DNA of 64,000 nucleotides. It comes from Patescibacteria group bacterium. GTDB taxonomy: Bacteria; Patescibacteriota; Patescibacteriia; UBA9934. The DNA lies in contig JBAQTB010000003.1 in NCBI GenBank assembly GCA_049296775.1, forward strand, positions 12,766 to 76,765, given 5' to 3'. The position numbers and the translations under genes were made by a program. Below the pieces are notes generated by a model, which was given only the letters and a program-made list of their open reading frames with translations, ran no database searches and was not told the origin of the DNA. This document shows positions 18,693 to 28,083 of this stretch, piece after piece (within the stretch, counting starts at the first letter, position 1; each line of letters opens with the position of its first letter).

Positions 18693-19040
18693 ATGAAAGA
18701 CCTGACAGAAGTTTATAATCGTTTAAAGATGAAAAAGGCTGAGCGTAAGGATTTACGAACATCTATTCAGGATGAGCTCAAGAATGATAAGCGTTATCAG
18801 GATCTGATCGAGAAAATTAATGAGCTCAAAATTGAGAAGAAGTCGATTGAAAATGAGATCATGTCCCGTGAATTGGACCGGGCTAAGCTTGAGGAATTGA
18901 ACTTGGATATTAAAACCGACGTAGAAATGTTAACCGATATCACACTCAACATGTTTTTAGCGCAAGAGCCGGTAGAAATTGTGGATGAGGTCAATAATAA
19001 ATGGACGCCAGTCTTTGCCGTGCGTTTCCGTAAGGGCTAA
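18693..19040 (+). CDS. Hypothetical coiled-coil protein
   Basis: K/E-rich heptad-like sequence. The ORF-track start 18675 is TTG; the first ATG is 18693. Confidence 0.45.
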   Translation: MKDLTEVYNRLKMKKAERKDLRTSIQDELKNDKRYQDLIEKINELKIEKKSIENEIMSRELDRAKLEELNLDIKTDVEMLTDITLNMFLAQEPVEIVDEVNNKWTPVFAVRFRKG

Positions 19041-19076
19041 GGCTAGCCAAGCGGAGTCCAAAATCGCGATTTTATC

Positions 19077-19111
19077 AAGTGACAACTGGGGGCTATACCC
19101 AGTTGTCACTT
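19077..19111. promoter_or_regulatory. Perfect 14-bp inverted repeat, candidate operator upstream of secD
   Basis: aagtgacaactggg-ggctata-cccagttgtcactt. No U-tract follows, so it is probably not a terminator. Confidence 0.35.
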
Positions 19112-19148
19112 GCGTAAATGGCGGCATTTTCTTAGAATGCTCCCGACT

Positions 19149-21188
19149 ATGAACAAATACGCCGCTCGAGAAGGTTTTTCTTATAAGCAGGCTAGATTGG
19201 TAGCTCTGGGGCTGTTATTGGCCTTAGCGATAGGCGTGGGCATCGCTTATCCCAAACCTTGGAATCAGGCCATGGGTGCCATGGAAGATAAGTTAGGCTT
19301 CCATTTGCCGTATTTGCCGGAATCAGAGTTTAGATTGGGTCTCGACCTACGGGGCGGGGCGCATTTGGTATATGAGGCTGACATGTCGGCCATTCCAGAC
19401 GTAGATAAGACTGAGGCCTTGTCTGGTGTGCGTGACGTGGTGGAGCGCCGGGTGAATGCGTTTGGTGTGTCTGAGCCGGTGGTGCAGACCACGGTGAGCG
19501 GTGGAAGCTATCGCGTGATCGTGGATTTGCCAGGCGTGACTGACGTTGCTGACGCTGTGCGTGAGATTGGCGAGACGCCAGTTTTGACTTTCCGTTTACC
19601 GGACGAAGAGATTGAAGTTGAACCGACTGCTGAACAGGAGCAGCAGATCGTGGAGGCACAGGTCATTGAGCGTGAGGCGGCCGTAGCGGTGTTAGACCGC
19701 GCTTTGGACGGTGAGGATTTTGGTGCCTTGGCAGCGGAGCTATCTATTGACGCAAGTACTAGAGACGCTGAGGGTTATGTGGGTTTCATTAGTTCTGAGG
19801 ATGAAGAGTACGGTGGTTTGGCTGAGCAGATTGCGGATGACCGCTTGCGCGTGGGCGTGATTAACGGCTTGTATGAAGGCACGTCACGTATTCACATTGT
19901 TAAGTACTTATCTAGAAAGGTAGAAACTGAGCCGAGAATTTCACATATTTTGGTGTGTTATGACGGCGCTTTGAGCTGTACGCAATCACGCACTAAGGAA
20001 GAAGCCTTGACGATGATTGAGGGACTTAAGGATCAGGCCACACGCTCCAACTTTGCTGAGTTAGCTACAGAATCTTCAGATGACACAGGGAGCGGTCAGG
20101 CTGGTGGAGATTTGGGCTTCTTGAAGCCAGGTGACACCGTAGCTCCTTTTGATGAAGCCGCTTTTGCTTTATCGAATAACCGAATCTCTGAGGTGATCGA
20201 AACAGATTTTGGTTACCATATCCTATTCCGCCCAGAGTCACGGTCTGTGACTTATTACGAAATTGCCCAGGTAGAAATGCCATGGACAACCTTGTCTGAT
20301 ATTTTCGTGATTGATCCTTGGATTAACACTGAACTGTCAGGTAAGCATGTACAGCACGCGAGTGTCGGTTTTGATCAGAACAGTGGTGCGCCGTACGTGA
20401 TTTTGGACTTCAACACTGAGGGTGCTGATTTATTTACCAAAATGACGGAAGAAAACGTGGGTAAAGTGATCGGGATTTTCTTGGATGGTGAAGCCATTAC
20501 TACGCCAGTCGTGCAGCAGGTCATTTACGGCGGGCAAGCGACGATTACCGGAAACTTCTCTCTGACTGAGGCTAAGCTCTTGGCGCAGCGTTTGAATGCT
20601 GGCGCCTTGCCAGTGCCAATTGAAGTTGTTAGCCAACAGACGATCGGTCCAGCTTTAGGTAAAGTGTCACTAGATAAGAGTATTCAGGCTGGTTTGGTAG
20701 GTTTTGCTCTGATCGCGTTGTACATTTTAGTGTATTACCGCTTGGCAGGAGCTTTGGCAGTGGTGGCGTTAGCTTTTTACGCCGTGACTAACCTGGCTTT
20801 ATACAAGTTGCTGGGTGTGACGATTACATTATCCGGAATTGCCGGTTTTGTGTTGTCGCTCGGTATTGCGGTTGATGCCAACGTGCTGATTTTCGAGCGC
20901 TTAAAAGAAGAATTGAGAAGTGGCAGGGATTTGCCAACAGCGTGTGACGAAGCCTTCAGACGCGCTTGGCCATCTATTCGTGACGGTAACTTGACGACCT
21001 TGATTGCGACCATGGTGTTGTACTGGATCGGTGAAGGTTTTATTCGTGGATTTGCTTTGACCTTGACGATCGGTGTGTTGATGTCGATGGTGAGCGCAAT
21101 GGTGGTCACTAAGGTGCTCTTGAAATTGGTCGTACGTTATAAGGCGGTACGCAAACCGGCATTTTTCTTAGGTCTTGAACGTAAGTAG
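19149..21188 (+). CDS. secD: SecD with two parvulin-type (PpiC) PPIase modules inserted in the periplasmic domain
   Basis: TM1 then SecD base LGLDLRGGAHLVYEA. Insert module 1 GEDFGALAAELSIDASTRDAEGYVGFI...TSRIHIVK (degenerate parvulin). Module 2 ISHILVCYDG...GGDLGFLKPGDTVAPFDEAAFAL...DFGYHILF (canonical PpiC). Then SecD P1/C-terminal TMs VVALAFYAVTN..., GIAVDANVLIFER. Confidence 0.8.
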   Translation: MNKYAAREGFSYKQARLVALGLLLALAIGVGIAYPKPWNQAMGAMEDKLGFHLPYLPESEFRLGLDLRGGAHLVYEADMSAIPDVDKTEALSGVRDVVERRVNAFGVSEPVVQTTVSGGSYRVIVDLPGVTDVADAVREIGETPVLTFRLPDEEIEVEPTAEQEQQIVEAQVIEREAAVAVLDRALDGEDFGALAAELSIDASTRDAEGYVGFISSEDEEYGGLAEQIADDRLRVGVINGLYEGTSRIHIVKYLSRKVETEPRISHILVCYDGALSCTQSRTKEEALTMIEGLKDQATRSNFAELATESSDDTGSGQAGGDLGFLKPGDTVAPFDEAAFALSNNRISEVIETDFGYHILFRPESRSVTYYEIAQVEMPWTTLSDIFVIDPWINTELSGKHVQHASVGFDQNSGAPYVILDFNTEGADLFTKMTEENVGKVIGIFLDGEAITTPVVQQVIYGGQATITGNFSLTEAKLLAQRLNAGALPVPIEVVSQQTIGPALGKVSLDKSIQAGLVGFALIALYILVYYRLAGALAVVALAFYAVTNLALYKLLGVTITLSGIAGFVLSLGIAVDANVLIFERLKEELRSGRDLPTACDEAFRRAWPSIRDGNLTTLIATMVLYWIGEGFIRGFALTLTIGVLMSMVSAMVVTKVLLKLVVRYKAVRKPAFFLGLERK

Positions 21189-21189
21189 T

Positions 21190-22089
21190 ATGAAGTCTTT
21201 GAATGTCATCGGTTACACCCGGTTCTGGCTAGGTCTATCGGCCTTTTTGGTCACGACGTCGTTGTTGCTCTTGATCGTGCTCAAACCTAACTTTGGTATC
21301 GATTTTACGGGGGGAAGTTTGCTGGAGATTCAAGTTGAGGGCACTGACAGCCAAAGTTTGCGCTCTGAACTAGTGGCCGCTGGTAAGGAGGCGGTAGTGC
21401 AGTCAGCTGAAGGTAATAGCTACTTTGTCAGACTTGGTCCGATTAGTGAGGAAGAGCATCAGGCGATCTTGGAGATTTTGCGCGTTCAACATCCGGACTT
21501 GGTCGAGAGTAAGTTTGATTCCGTGGGACCGGTCATTGGTGATGAGTTGAAAAAGGATACGGCTATTGCGGTGATCGTCTTGTTGGTTTTGATTGCGGTG
21601 TATATTGCCTGGGCTTTCCGCAAGGTGTCTCTGCCAGTGCCGTCTTGGAAGTATGGTCTGGTAACTTTGTTGGCAGCTTTTCATGACGTGGTGATTCCGC
21701 TTGGTGTCTTCGCAGTGCTTGGACGCACGAGCGGTTATCAGATCGATATCGCTTTTGTCGCCGCCATGCTCACCATTCTTGGTTACTCAATTAACGACAC
21801 CATCGTGGTGCTTGACCGTACGCGTGAAAATTTGGCGCGTTATCGTCACTCAAATAAGACTTTTGGCGAGATCGTTAATCAAAGTGTAGTCGAAACCCTT
21901 GGTCGTTCCTTGAATACTACCTTGACCACGTTATTACCGTTATTGGCGATTTTGTTTGTTGGTGGTGCGAGTACCCGGTCATTTGTGCTAGCGTTGATCA
22001 TAGGTATTGTGTCCGGAGCTTATTCGTCAATCTTCTTTGCGAGTCCGGTTTTGGTAGCTTGGGATACTTGGTCACGTCGGAGCAGATAA
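21190..22089 (+). CDS. secF: Protein-export membrane protein SecF
   Basis: GIDFTGGSLLEIQ, SecD/F TM core GYSINDTIVVLDR. Immediately after secD. Confidence 0.9.
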   Translation: MKSLNVIGYTRFWLGLSAFLVTTSLLLLIVLKPNFGIDFTGGSLLEIQVEGTDSQSLRSELVAAGKEAVVQSAEGNSYFVRLGPISEEEHQAILEILRVQHPDLVESKFDSVGPVIGDELKKDTAIAVIVLLVLIAVYIAWAFRKVSLPVPSWKYGLVTLLAAFHDVVIPLGVFAVLGRTSGYQIDIAFVAAMLTILGYSINDTIVVLDRTRENLARYRHSNKTFGEIVNQSVVETLGRSLNTTLTTLLPLLAILFVGGASTRSFVLALIIGIVSGAYSSIFFASPVLVAWDTWSRRSR

Positions 22090-22133
22090 GTCGTTTAGGT
22101 GGGGTAGGAGTCATGCTATAATGCGCCTATCCT

Positions 22134-23687
22134 ATGCTAGGAATCGTTCTCAACCTTCCACCTTACGTAGAAAACTACCTTGCGACTACCCCAATTGAGT
22201 CCATGGCGGCTCAGGCGATTTTGTTGTTTGGTTGGTTTCCCATCTTTGGAGTGCTCGTGTGGGGTATGGCCCACGTGTGGTTGGATTTTAAACAAGATAA
22301 ATATAGCGCTGCCCAGAAATACGTCATGCTAGACGTGCGTGTTCCGCAAACGGCGATTCAAACGCCTAAGGGCATGGATATCTTTTTCGCTAATTTGTCT
22401 GGGTCAAGGAGCAGTATTACATGGCGTGAGAAGTGGTTACTCGGCAAGGAACAGCCAGTATTTTCTTTTGAAATTGCAAGTAATGAGGGGAGGATTCAAT
22501 TTATTATTCGCTGCACGGATAAGTATCGTGATTTAGTTGAGGCAGATATTTACGCGCAGTATCCAGAGGCGCAAATTACGGAAATTGCGGATTACACAGG
22601 GGTCATTCCTAAGGCTTATCCTGATGAAGAATGGGAGGCTTTTGGAGCTGAGTTTGTCTTGAAGAACGCCAATCATTTCCCGATCCGGACGTTCATGGAT
22701 TTTGAACACCAGGGGGAGAAAGAGGGGAGATTTAAGGATCCCTTGCTACCAATTTTGGAATTGATGGGCAAGATGCGCCCAGGCGAGCACTTCTGGATCC
22801 AAATGTTAATTCAGGCTCCGGACAGTCAAGATTGGACTAAAGATGGAGCTAAGTTTGCTTCCACGATCATGGGTAAAGAGGAGAAGAAAGTTAAGAGCAT
22901 GACACAAGAGCTAGGCGAGATGGTTGGATCTTTACCGATGGATGTGTTAGGACAAATGACGGGTGCCTCTTCCCCTAATGCTAAGCCAGAAAAGAAGAGC
23001 GATGATTTTAAGATGTTTAAGTTGACGCCGGCTGAGAAGTTGCAGATTGATTCGGTGACGGAGAAGATCTCTAAGTTGGGCTGGAAAACTAAGATCAGAA
23101 TCGTGTACGCGGCTAAGAAATCAACCTTCCGTAAGGGTATGATGGCTTCTGGTATGAAGGGCATCATGGCTTCATACACTAATAGCATCGTGAATTCCTT
23201 TAGCATGCACGGGCCGTCAATTCCAAAAGACGATTATTTTTGGATGGCTTGGCAGTATCCAGGTAAACAGACTAAACTCGCTAAACGCTTTGCTGGCCGC
23301 TCATTTGGACCTGGGTCTACGGCCTTCATTCTCAATACTGAAGAATTGGCGACTTTTTGGCACTTCCCGGCTGCAGATGCACGGACTCCGGTGCTAGCAG
23401 CCATGGGTGCACGTCGAGCAGAGGCTCCAGCTGATTTGTACTTTGCGGATGATTTAGACGGTGATGGTATTCCGGATTGGAAGCAGAAGCATGGCAAGAG
23501 TTTGCCGGGAGTTGGTTTGGCAGCTGAGGCTGAGTCTCCAGTGCGTTTGCCGACTCCGTTATCACCTACAGGTGCGGCGGGTGCTATGCCGCAACCGGGC
23601 AAACCGGCACCTTTGCCACCTGGACTTGATCTGAGTGATGAGCCGCTTGACCCTAGGAATATCGCCCCAGGAAATTTACCTGTTTAA
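22134..23687 (+). CDS. Hypothetical membrane-anchored protein, upstream partner of the T4CP-like ATPase
   Basis: 517 aa; N-terminal TM helices (AILLFGWFPIFGVLVWGMAHVWL), large soluble domain, Pro/Gly/Ala-rich C-terminus. The stop is 21 nt before the next start. Confidence 0.5.
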   Translation: MLGIVLNLPPYVENYLATTPIESMAAQAILLFGWFPIFGVLVWGMAHVWLDFKQDKYSAAQKYVMLDVRVPQTAIQTPKGMDIFFANLSGSRSSITWREKWLLGKEQPVFSFEIASNEGRIQFIIRCTDKYRDLVEADIYAQYPEAQITEIADYTGVIPKAYPDEEWEAFGAEFVLKNANHFPIRTFMDFEHQGEKEGRFKDPLLPILELMGKMRPGEHFWIQMLIQAPDSQDWTKDGAKFASTIMGKEEKKVKSMTQELGEMVGSLPMDVLGQMTGASSPNAKPEKKSDDFKMFKLTPAEKLQIDSVTEKISKLGWKTKIRIVYAAKKSTFRKGMMASGMKGIMASYTNSIVNSFSMHGPSIPKDDYFWMAWQYPGKQTKLAKRFAGRSFGPGSTAFILNTEELATFWHFPAADARTPVLAAMGARRAEAPADLYFADDLDGDGIPDWKQKHGKSLPGVGLAAEAESPVRLPTPLSPTGAAGAMPQPGKPAPLPPGLDLSDEPLDPRNIAPGNLPV

Positions 23688-23708
23688 CGTTGTTTGCACT
23701 CTGCTTGT

Positions 23709-25724
23709 ATGGCGAACCGTTATCCTCACGATCACGAGCAAGATGTTGTCTATTTTGCTAAGACTAACTTCCGCAATCAATTGCGCAAGTTTGGCATTAA
23801 GACAGATGACCGACGCCGTCATGTGTACGTGGTGGGTAAGACCGGTATGGGTAAGACCACTTTGCTTGAGAACATGATCTTGTCAGATATTTACGCCGGG
23901 CACGGTTGTTGCTATGTAGATCCGCACGGGGATACGGTACAGAAAATTATCGATTACATTCCGTCATGGCGCATTAATGACGTGGTGTATTTCGATCCTG
24001 CTGACGTGGCGCATCCAATCGGATTTAACATTTTGGAGTCTGTGGATCCGACCATGAAACACTTGGTGGCGTCGGCTCTCATGTCCGTGTTTAAGAAGAT
24101 TTGGGAGAATGTATGGTCAGCGCGCATGGAGTACATTCTCAACAACACGATTTTGGCGCTTCTGGATACCCCGGGCACCACGCTCTTGGGTGTGAATCGC
24201 ATGTTGTCAGATAAGGAATATCGTTTAGAGATCGTCAAGAATATTCAAGATCCGATTGTTAAGCAGTTTTGGGTGACAGAGTTTGCGGCGTATGACGCTA
24301 AGTTTGCCTCTGAAGCCGTGGCTCCGATCCAGAACAAGATCGGTCAGTTTTTGTCTTCCTCGATTATTCGCAATATTGTGGCTCAGGCTAAGTCGTCCAT
24401 CAATATTCGTGAGATGATGGATGATCAGAAGATTTTTATCATCAACTTATCTAAAGGTAAGATTGGGGAAGATGCCATGCGCTTGCTCGGCGGCATGTTG
24501 ATCACCAAGATGCAGGTAGCTGCCATGGAGCGCGTGAATGTTCCGGAAGAGACTCGTGAAGATTTTTATTTGTACGTTGATGAATTCCAGAACTTTGCGG
24601 TGGAATCATTCGCTGGCATTTTGTCTGAGGCGCGTAAGTACCGGCTGAATTTGATCATGGCGCACCAGTACATTACTCAATTATCTGAAGAGGTGAGAGA
24701 CGCGGTGTTTGGTAACGTGGGTACCATGATTACGTTTAGAGTTGGCTCGCCGGATGCGGTTTTCATGGAGAATGAGTTCATGCCCAGGTTTACGCCAGAG
24801 GATATTATCAATTTGCCTAAGGCGGGTATTTATTTGAAGTTGATGATTGATGGCGTAGCGAGTCAGCCGTTTTCTGCGGTGACTTTGCCGCCAATTGCGC
24901 AACGCACTGAGAGTATGACGCGCGTAGTTGAGCAGTCGCGTGAACGTTACGGTGGTAACCGCAGCATCATTGAAGAACGTGTGGCAGTTTGGAGCGGTTT
25001 TGGCGCTGATGCCGATGTCGAGAAGATGATTGCGGGTGTAACTCAGGCTAAGAAAGATGCCAAGAAGGCTAGATTTAGTCACGATTATACGTGTACGCGT
25101 TGCGGCAAGGTTTTCTCATTGCCAGTTGAATTAGACCGGAGCCGGCCGATTTATTGTGAAGATTGTAAGCCGATTATTGACGCTGAACGACAAAAGTCCA
25201 AAGACAAAGCTGGTCAACGGACTAAAATCTCAGATGGGCAAGTGATCACTAAACCGATCATTGGATCAGTGTCGCTCGATACTTTAGTGCCGCCTAAGCG
25301 TCTGGAGCCAGCGGTGGTTGCGCCAGAGAAGCACGAGCATATCTTAACGCCGACGGTGCCTGTGCCGCCAGCTGTTGCGGTTAAACCAGTCGCGGTTGCG
25401 GCGGTCGCAGAAACGCCTCGAGCCGCTCCGGCTCCCGTGACGCCTTCGGTAAGTAGCCGACCGTCCATGCCAGCACCACGTGCGGTAACAGTCGCGCCAG
25501 CTCGGCCTGTGAGCACGCAGACAGGAACAGCTGACCCGGATAAGAAGCGCAAGCGGAATCGCAAACGCAAGCCTAGAGTTATAGCAGATGTAGCTGTCAC
25601 GCCACCATTAGCGCCGTTGTCTGTGCCTAGGCTAGTGCCACCAACGGCGATTAAAACCACGGCGGCCATTGAGCCAGCGCTGAAGCCTGTCATGCCCGGC
25701 GAAAGAATTAGCTTTGATGATTAG
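23709..25724 (+). CDS. TraD/TraG/VirD4-family (type IV coupling protein-like) P-loop ATPase, soluble, with C-terminal zinc ribbon and Pro/Ala-rich basic tail
   Basis: Walker A VVGKTGMGKTTL, Walker B YLYVDEFQNFA, T4CP-like core (LIMAHQYITQL). CTRCGKVF-x16-YCEDCKP zinc ribbon. A 190-aa P/A/V-rich tail carries KKRKRNRKRKPR. No N-terminal TM helices. The ORF-track start 23694 is TTG; the ATG is at 23709. Confidence 0.7.
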   Translation: MANRYPHDHEQDVVYFAKTNFRNQLRKFGIKTDDRRRHVYVVGKTGMGKTTLLENMILSDIYAGHGCCYVDPHGDTVQKIIDYIPSWRINDVVYFDPADVAHPIGFNILESVDPTMKHLVASALMSVFKKIWENVWSARMEYILNNTILALLDTPGTTLLGVNRMLSDKEYRLEIVKNIQDPIVKQFWVTEFAAYDAKFASEAVAPIQNKIGQFLSSSIIRNIVAQAKSSINIREMMDDQKIFIINLSKGKIGEDAMRLLGGMLITKMQVAAMERVNVPEETREDFYLYVDEFQNFAVESFAGILSEARKYRLNLIMAHQYITQLSEEVRDAVFGNVGTMITFRVGSPDAVFMENEFMPRFTPEDIINLPKAGIYLKLMIDGVASQPFSAVTLPPIAQRTESMTRVVEQSRERYGGNRSIIEERVAVWSGFGADADVEKMIAGVTQAKKDAKKARFSHDYTCTRCGKVFSLPVELDRSRPIYCEDCKPIIDAERQKSKDKAGQRTKISDGQVITKPIIGSVSLDTLVPPKRLEPAVVAPEKHEHILTPTVPVPPAVAVKPVAVAAVAETPRAAPAPVTPSVSSRPSMPAPRAVTVAPARPVSTQTGTADPDKKRKRNRKRKPRVIADVAVTPPLAPLSVPRLVPPTAIKTTAAIEPALKPVMPGERISFDD

Positions 25725-25727
25725 CTT

Positions 25728-26516
25728 ATGACCGTTTTGCAGGCGGTTGTTTTGGGTGCGGTTCAAGGTTTGACCGAATTTTTACCGATCTCTAGTTCCG
25801 GACATTTAATTATAGTTCCGACGTTACTTGGTTGGGAGCCGCAGGGTATTGCCTTTGATCTGATTATTCACCTAGCGACTTTATTGGCGGTGATACTCGC
25901 CATGCGTACGGACATTGTCTGGTTGTGGGATGGCGTGTTGAGACGCGATAAGCTCAGATTGCAGCTACTGTATAAATTAGGTGCGGCCACGATTCCGGCA
26001 TTATTGGTAGGTTTCTTTTTTGGTGACTTAATTTCTGGTTGGCGTGGGCCGCAGGTGGTCGCGATCTCTTTAATTATTTGGGGTTTGCTCCTTGGTTTAG
26101 CGGATAAGTTTTCATCTTTGATGCGTGGGCAGATTAAGGATTTGGGTAAAATACGTTGGTGGCAGGCGCTGCTGGTGGGTGTGATTCAAGTGTTTGCGTT
26201 CATTCCTGGCACGTCACGGTCTGGTTCCACAATGACCGCCGCCTTATTTTCTGGGTTGGATCGAGTGGCGGCGGCTAGGTTTTCTTTTTTGTTAGCAATT
26301 CCAATTACTGCTGCAGCCGGAGCCTCGGCGTTGCTGGATGTGGCTAAACACGGTTTAGATATCCCACTTTTGCCCATGTTGAGTGGGTTTATGGCCGCCT
26401 TTGTGTGTGGCATTTTAGCAATTAGATTGCTGTTATTGGTGGTCAAAAAGGCGAGTTTTGTATGGTTTGCGGTTTACCGCGTAGCGCTTGGTATCTTCCT
26501 TCTTTTCTATCTCTAG
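25728..26516 (+). CDS. uppP: Undecaprenyl-diphosphatase
   Basis: BacA/UppP family (VQGLTEFLPISSSGHL, PGTSRSGSTM). Confidence 0.9.
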   Translation: MTVLQAVVLGAVQGLTEFLPISSSGHLIIVPTLLGWEPQGIAFDLIIHLATLLAVILAMRTDIVWLWDGVLRRDKLRLQLLYKLGAATIPALLVGFFFGDLISGWRGPQVVAISLIIWGLLLGLADKFSSLMRGQIKDLGKIRWWQALLVGVIQVFAFIPGTSRSGSTMTAALFSGLDRVAAARFSFLLAIPITAAAGASALLDVAKHGLDIPLLPMLSGFMAAFVCGILAIRLLLLVVKKASFVWFAVYRVALGIFLLFYL

Positions 26517-26533
26517 GGTAAGGTGCGTGAACT

Positions 26534-27388
26534 ATGGAATTACAGCGTGAACATGCCGTCTGGACCGATTACGAGCTTTTGGATTCTGGTGATTTTGAAA
26601 AGCTAGAACGGTTTGGTGAGATTTTAATGGTGCGTCCAGAACCACAAGCATTGTGGAAGAAGGCGGATGCCAGTCTTTGGGCTGAGGCACATTTAGTTTA
26701 TGCTAGGCAGGGTCGGGAGGGGGAATGGCAGAGTTTGAAGAATGCCCCTGAGGCCTGGGAAGTGGCTTGGGAAAATTTGAAATTTCACATTCGACCAACG
26801 TCGTTTAAACATACCGGGCTTTTTCCTGAGCAAGCGTCTAACTGGAAGTATTTGCGTGAACATCTAAAACCTGGGCAGAAAGTTTTGAATTTATTTGGCT
26901 ATACCGGTGGAGCATCGGTAGCGGCGGCGTCAGTAGATGCGGACGTAACGCATTGTGATGCCAGTAAGCCGGTGGTGACTTGGGGTCGAGAAAATCTGGA
27001 ATTGTCTGGTTTGGGGGACAAGAAGTGTCGTTGGATTGTGGATGATGCTCAGCGGTTTGTGGCGCGTGAAATTCGTCGTAACAATACGTATGACGTTATC
27101 ATCATGGATCCACCAGCGTTTGGCCGTGGACCGGAGGGTGAAGTTTGGCAATTTGAAAAGCATTTGCCAACCTTGCTGGATGAATGTGTACAAATTTTGA
27201 ATCCAGACCATGGCATGTTGCTTGTGAATGCGTATTCATTGGGATTCCCTGGTTTGGCGGTGGAGAATTTGGTACGTACCGCCATTCCATTTGCTAAACA
27301 TTTTGAGACAGTAGAGCTGACCCTGAAAGAAAGTACACAGCGAGGTTTCGAATTACCAACTGGCGTAGTAGTGCGGGCTACTTGGTAG
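26534..27388 (+). CDS. Class I SAM-dependent methyltransferase (RlmI/RlmK-like rRNA methyltransferase)
   Basis: LNLFGYTGGASVAAA SAM-binding motif; DVIIMDPPAF (DPPxF, typical of nucleic-acid base methyltransferases). Confidence 0.6.
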   Translation: MELQREHAVWTDYELLDSGDFEKLERFGEILMVRPEPQALWKKADASLWAEAHLVYARQGREGEWQSLKNAPEAWEVAWENLKFHIRPTSFKHTGLFPEQASNWKYLREHLKPGQKVLNLFGYTGGASVAAASVDADVTHCDASKPVVTWGRENLELSGLGDKKCRWIVDDAQRFVAREIRRNNTYDVIIMDPPAFGRGPEGEVWQFEKHLPTLLDECVQILNPDHGMLLVNAYSLGFPGLAVENLVRTAIPFAKHFETVELTLKESTQRGFELPTGVVVRATW

Positions 27389-27420
27389 CGTGATGAGTTT
27401 GTCTGGTGCGTAAATTAGGT

Positions 27421-28083
27421 ATGCAAATCTTGTTTGAAGACAATCACCTTATCGCTATAAATAAGCCGCACGGTCAGTTGGTGCAGGCTGATCATGGGGG
27501 AGATTTATCTTTGCTGGATGAAGTGAAGGCGTTTATTAAGGCGCGTGATCAGAAGCTGGGTAATGTTTTTATCGGCTTGTTGCATCGATTAGACCGGCCA
27601 GTCGGTGGGGTGGTTTTGTTTGCCAAAACTAGTAAGGCGGCGAGTAGAATCTCTGATCAATTCCGCCGGCACAGTGTGCAGAAGATTTATTGGGCGGTGG
27701 TTGAGGTTGGTGATGGTGCAAGAGCGTTGACGCATGGCGAGGTGGTGCAGTGGCTGGTGAAAGATGAAAGTACGAATGTAGTTACAGCTTTTGATCACGA
27801 AGTCGCTAAGAGCCAAAAAGCTGAGCTCAGTTATCAAATATTGGAAGCTCGTGGTGACCATGCCTTGATGGAGATAAGCCCTAAGACTGGCAGGTCGCAC
27901 CAGATTCGTGTGGCTATGAGTTCACTTGGTTGCCCGATTGTTGGTGACTTGAAGTATGGTTCCAAACAGCCGCTACAACATGACATTGCTTTATTCGCGA
28001 GGTCATTAAGTTTTGATCATCCAATTACGGGGGAGCGAATGGCGGTGGCAGCTGAGCCGAGCTTAAAGATTTTTTCTAAATAG
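27421..28083 (+). CDS. RluA-family pseudouridine synthase
   Basis: HRLDRPVGGVVLFAKT catalytic motif, LIAINKPHG. The ORF-track start 27406 is GTG; the ATG is at 27421. Confidence 0.8.
   Translation: MQILFEDNHLIAINKPHGQLVQADHGGDLSLLDEVKAFIKARDQKLGNVFIGLLHRLDRPVGGVVLFAKTSKAASRISDQFRRHSVQKIYWAVVEVGDGARALTHGEVVQWLVKDESTNVVTAFDHEVAKSQKAELSYQILEARGDHALMEISPKTGRSHQIRVAMSSLGCPIVGDLKYGSKQPLQHDIALFARSLSFDHPITGERMAVAAEPSLKIFSK

Noticed and set aside
25214-25693. 159-aa antisense ORF (Gly/Ala/Thr-rich)
   Set aside because: Mirror image of the GC-rich Pro/Ala tail of the T4CP-like gene; spurious.
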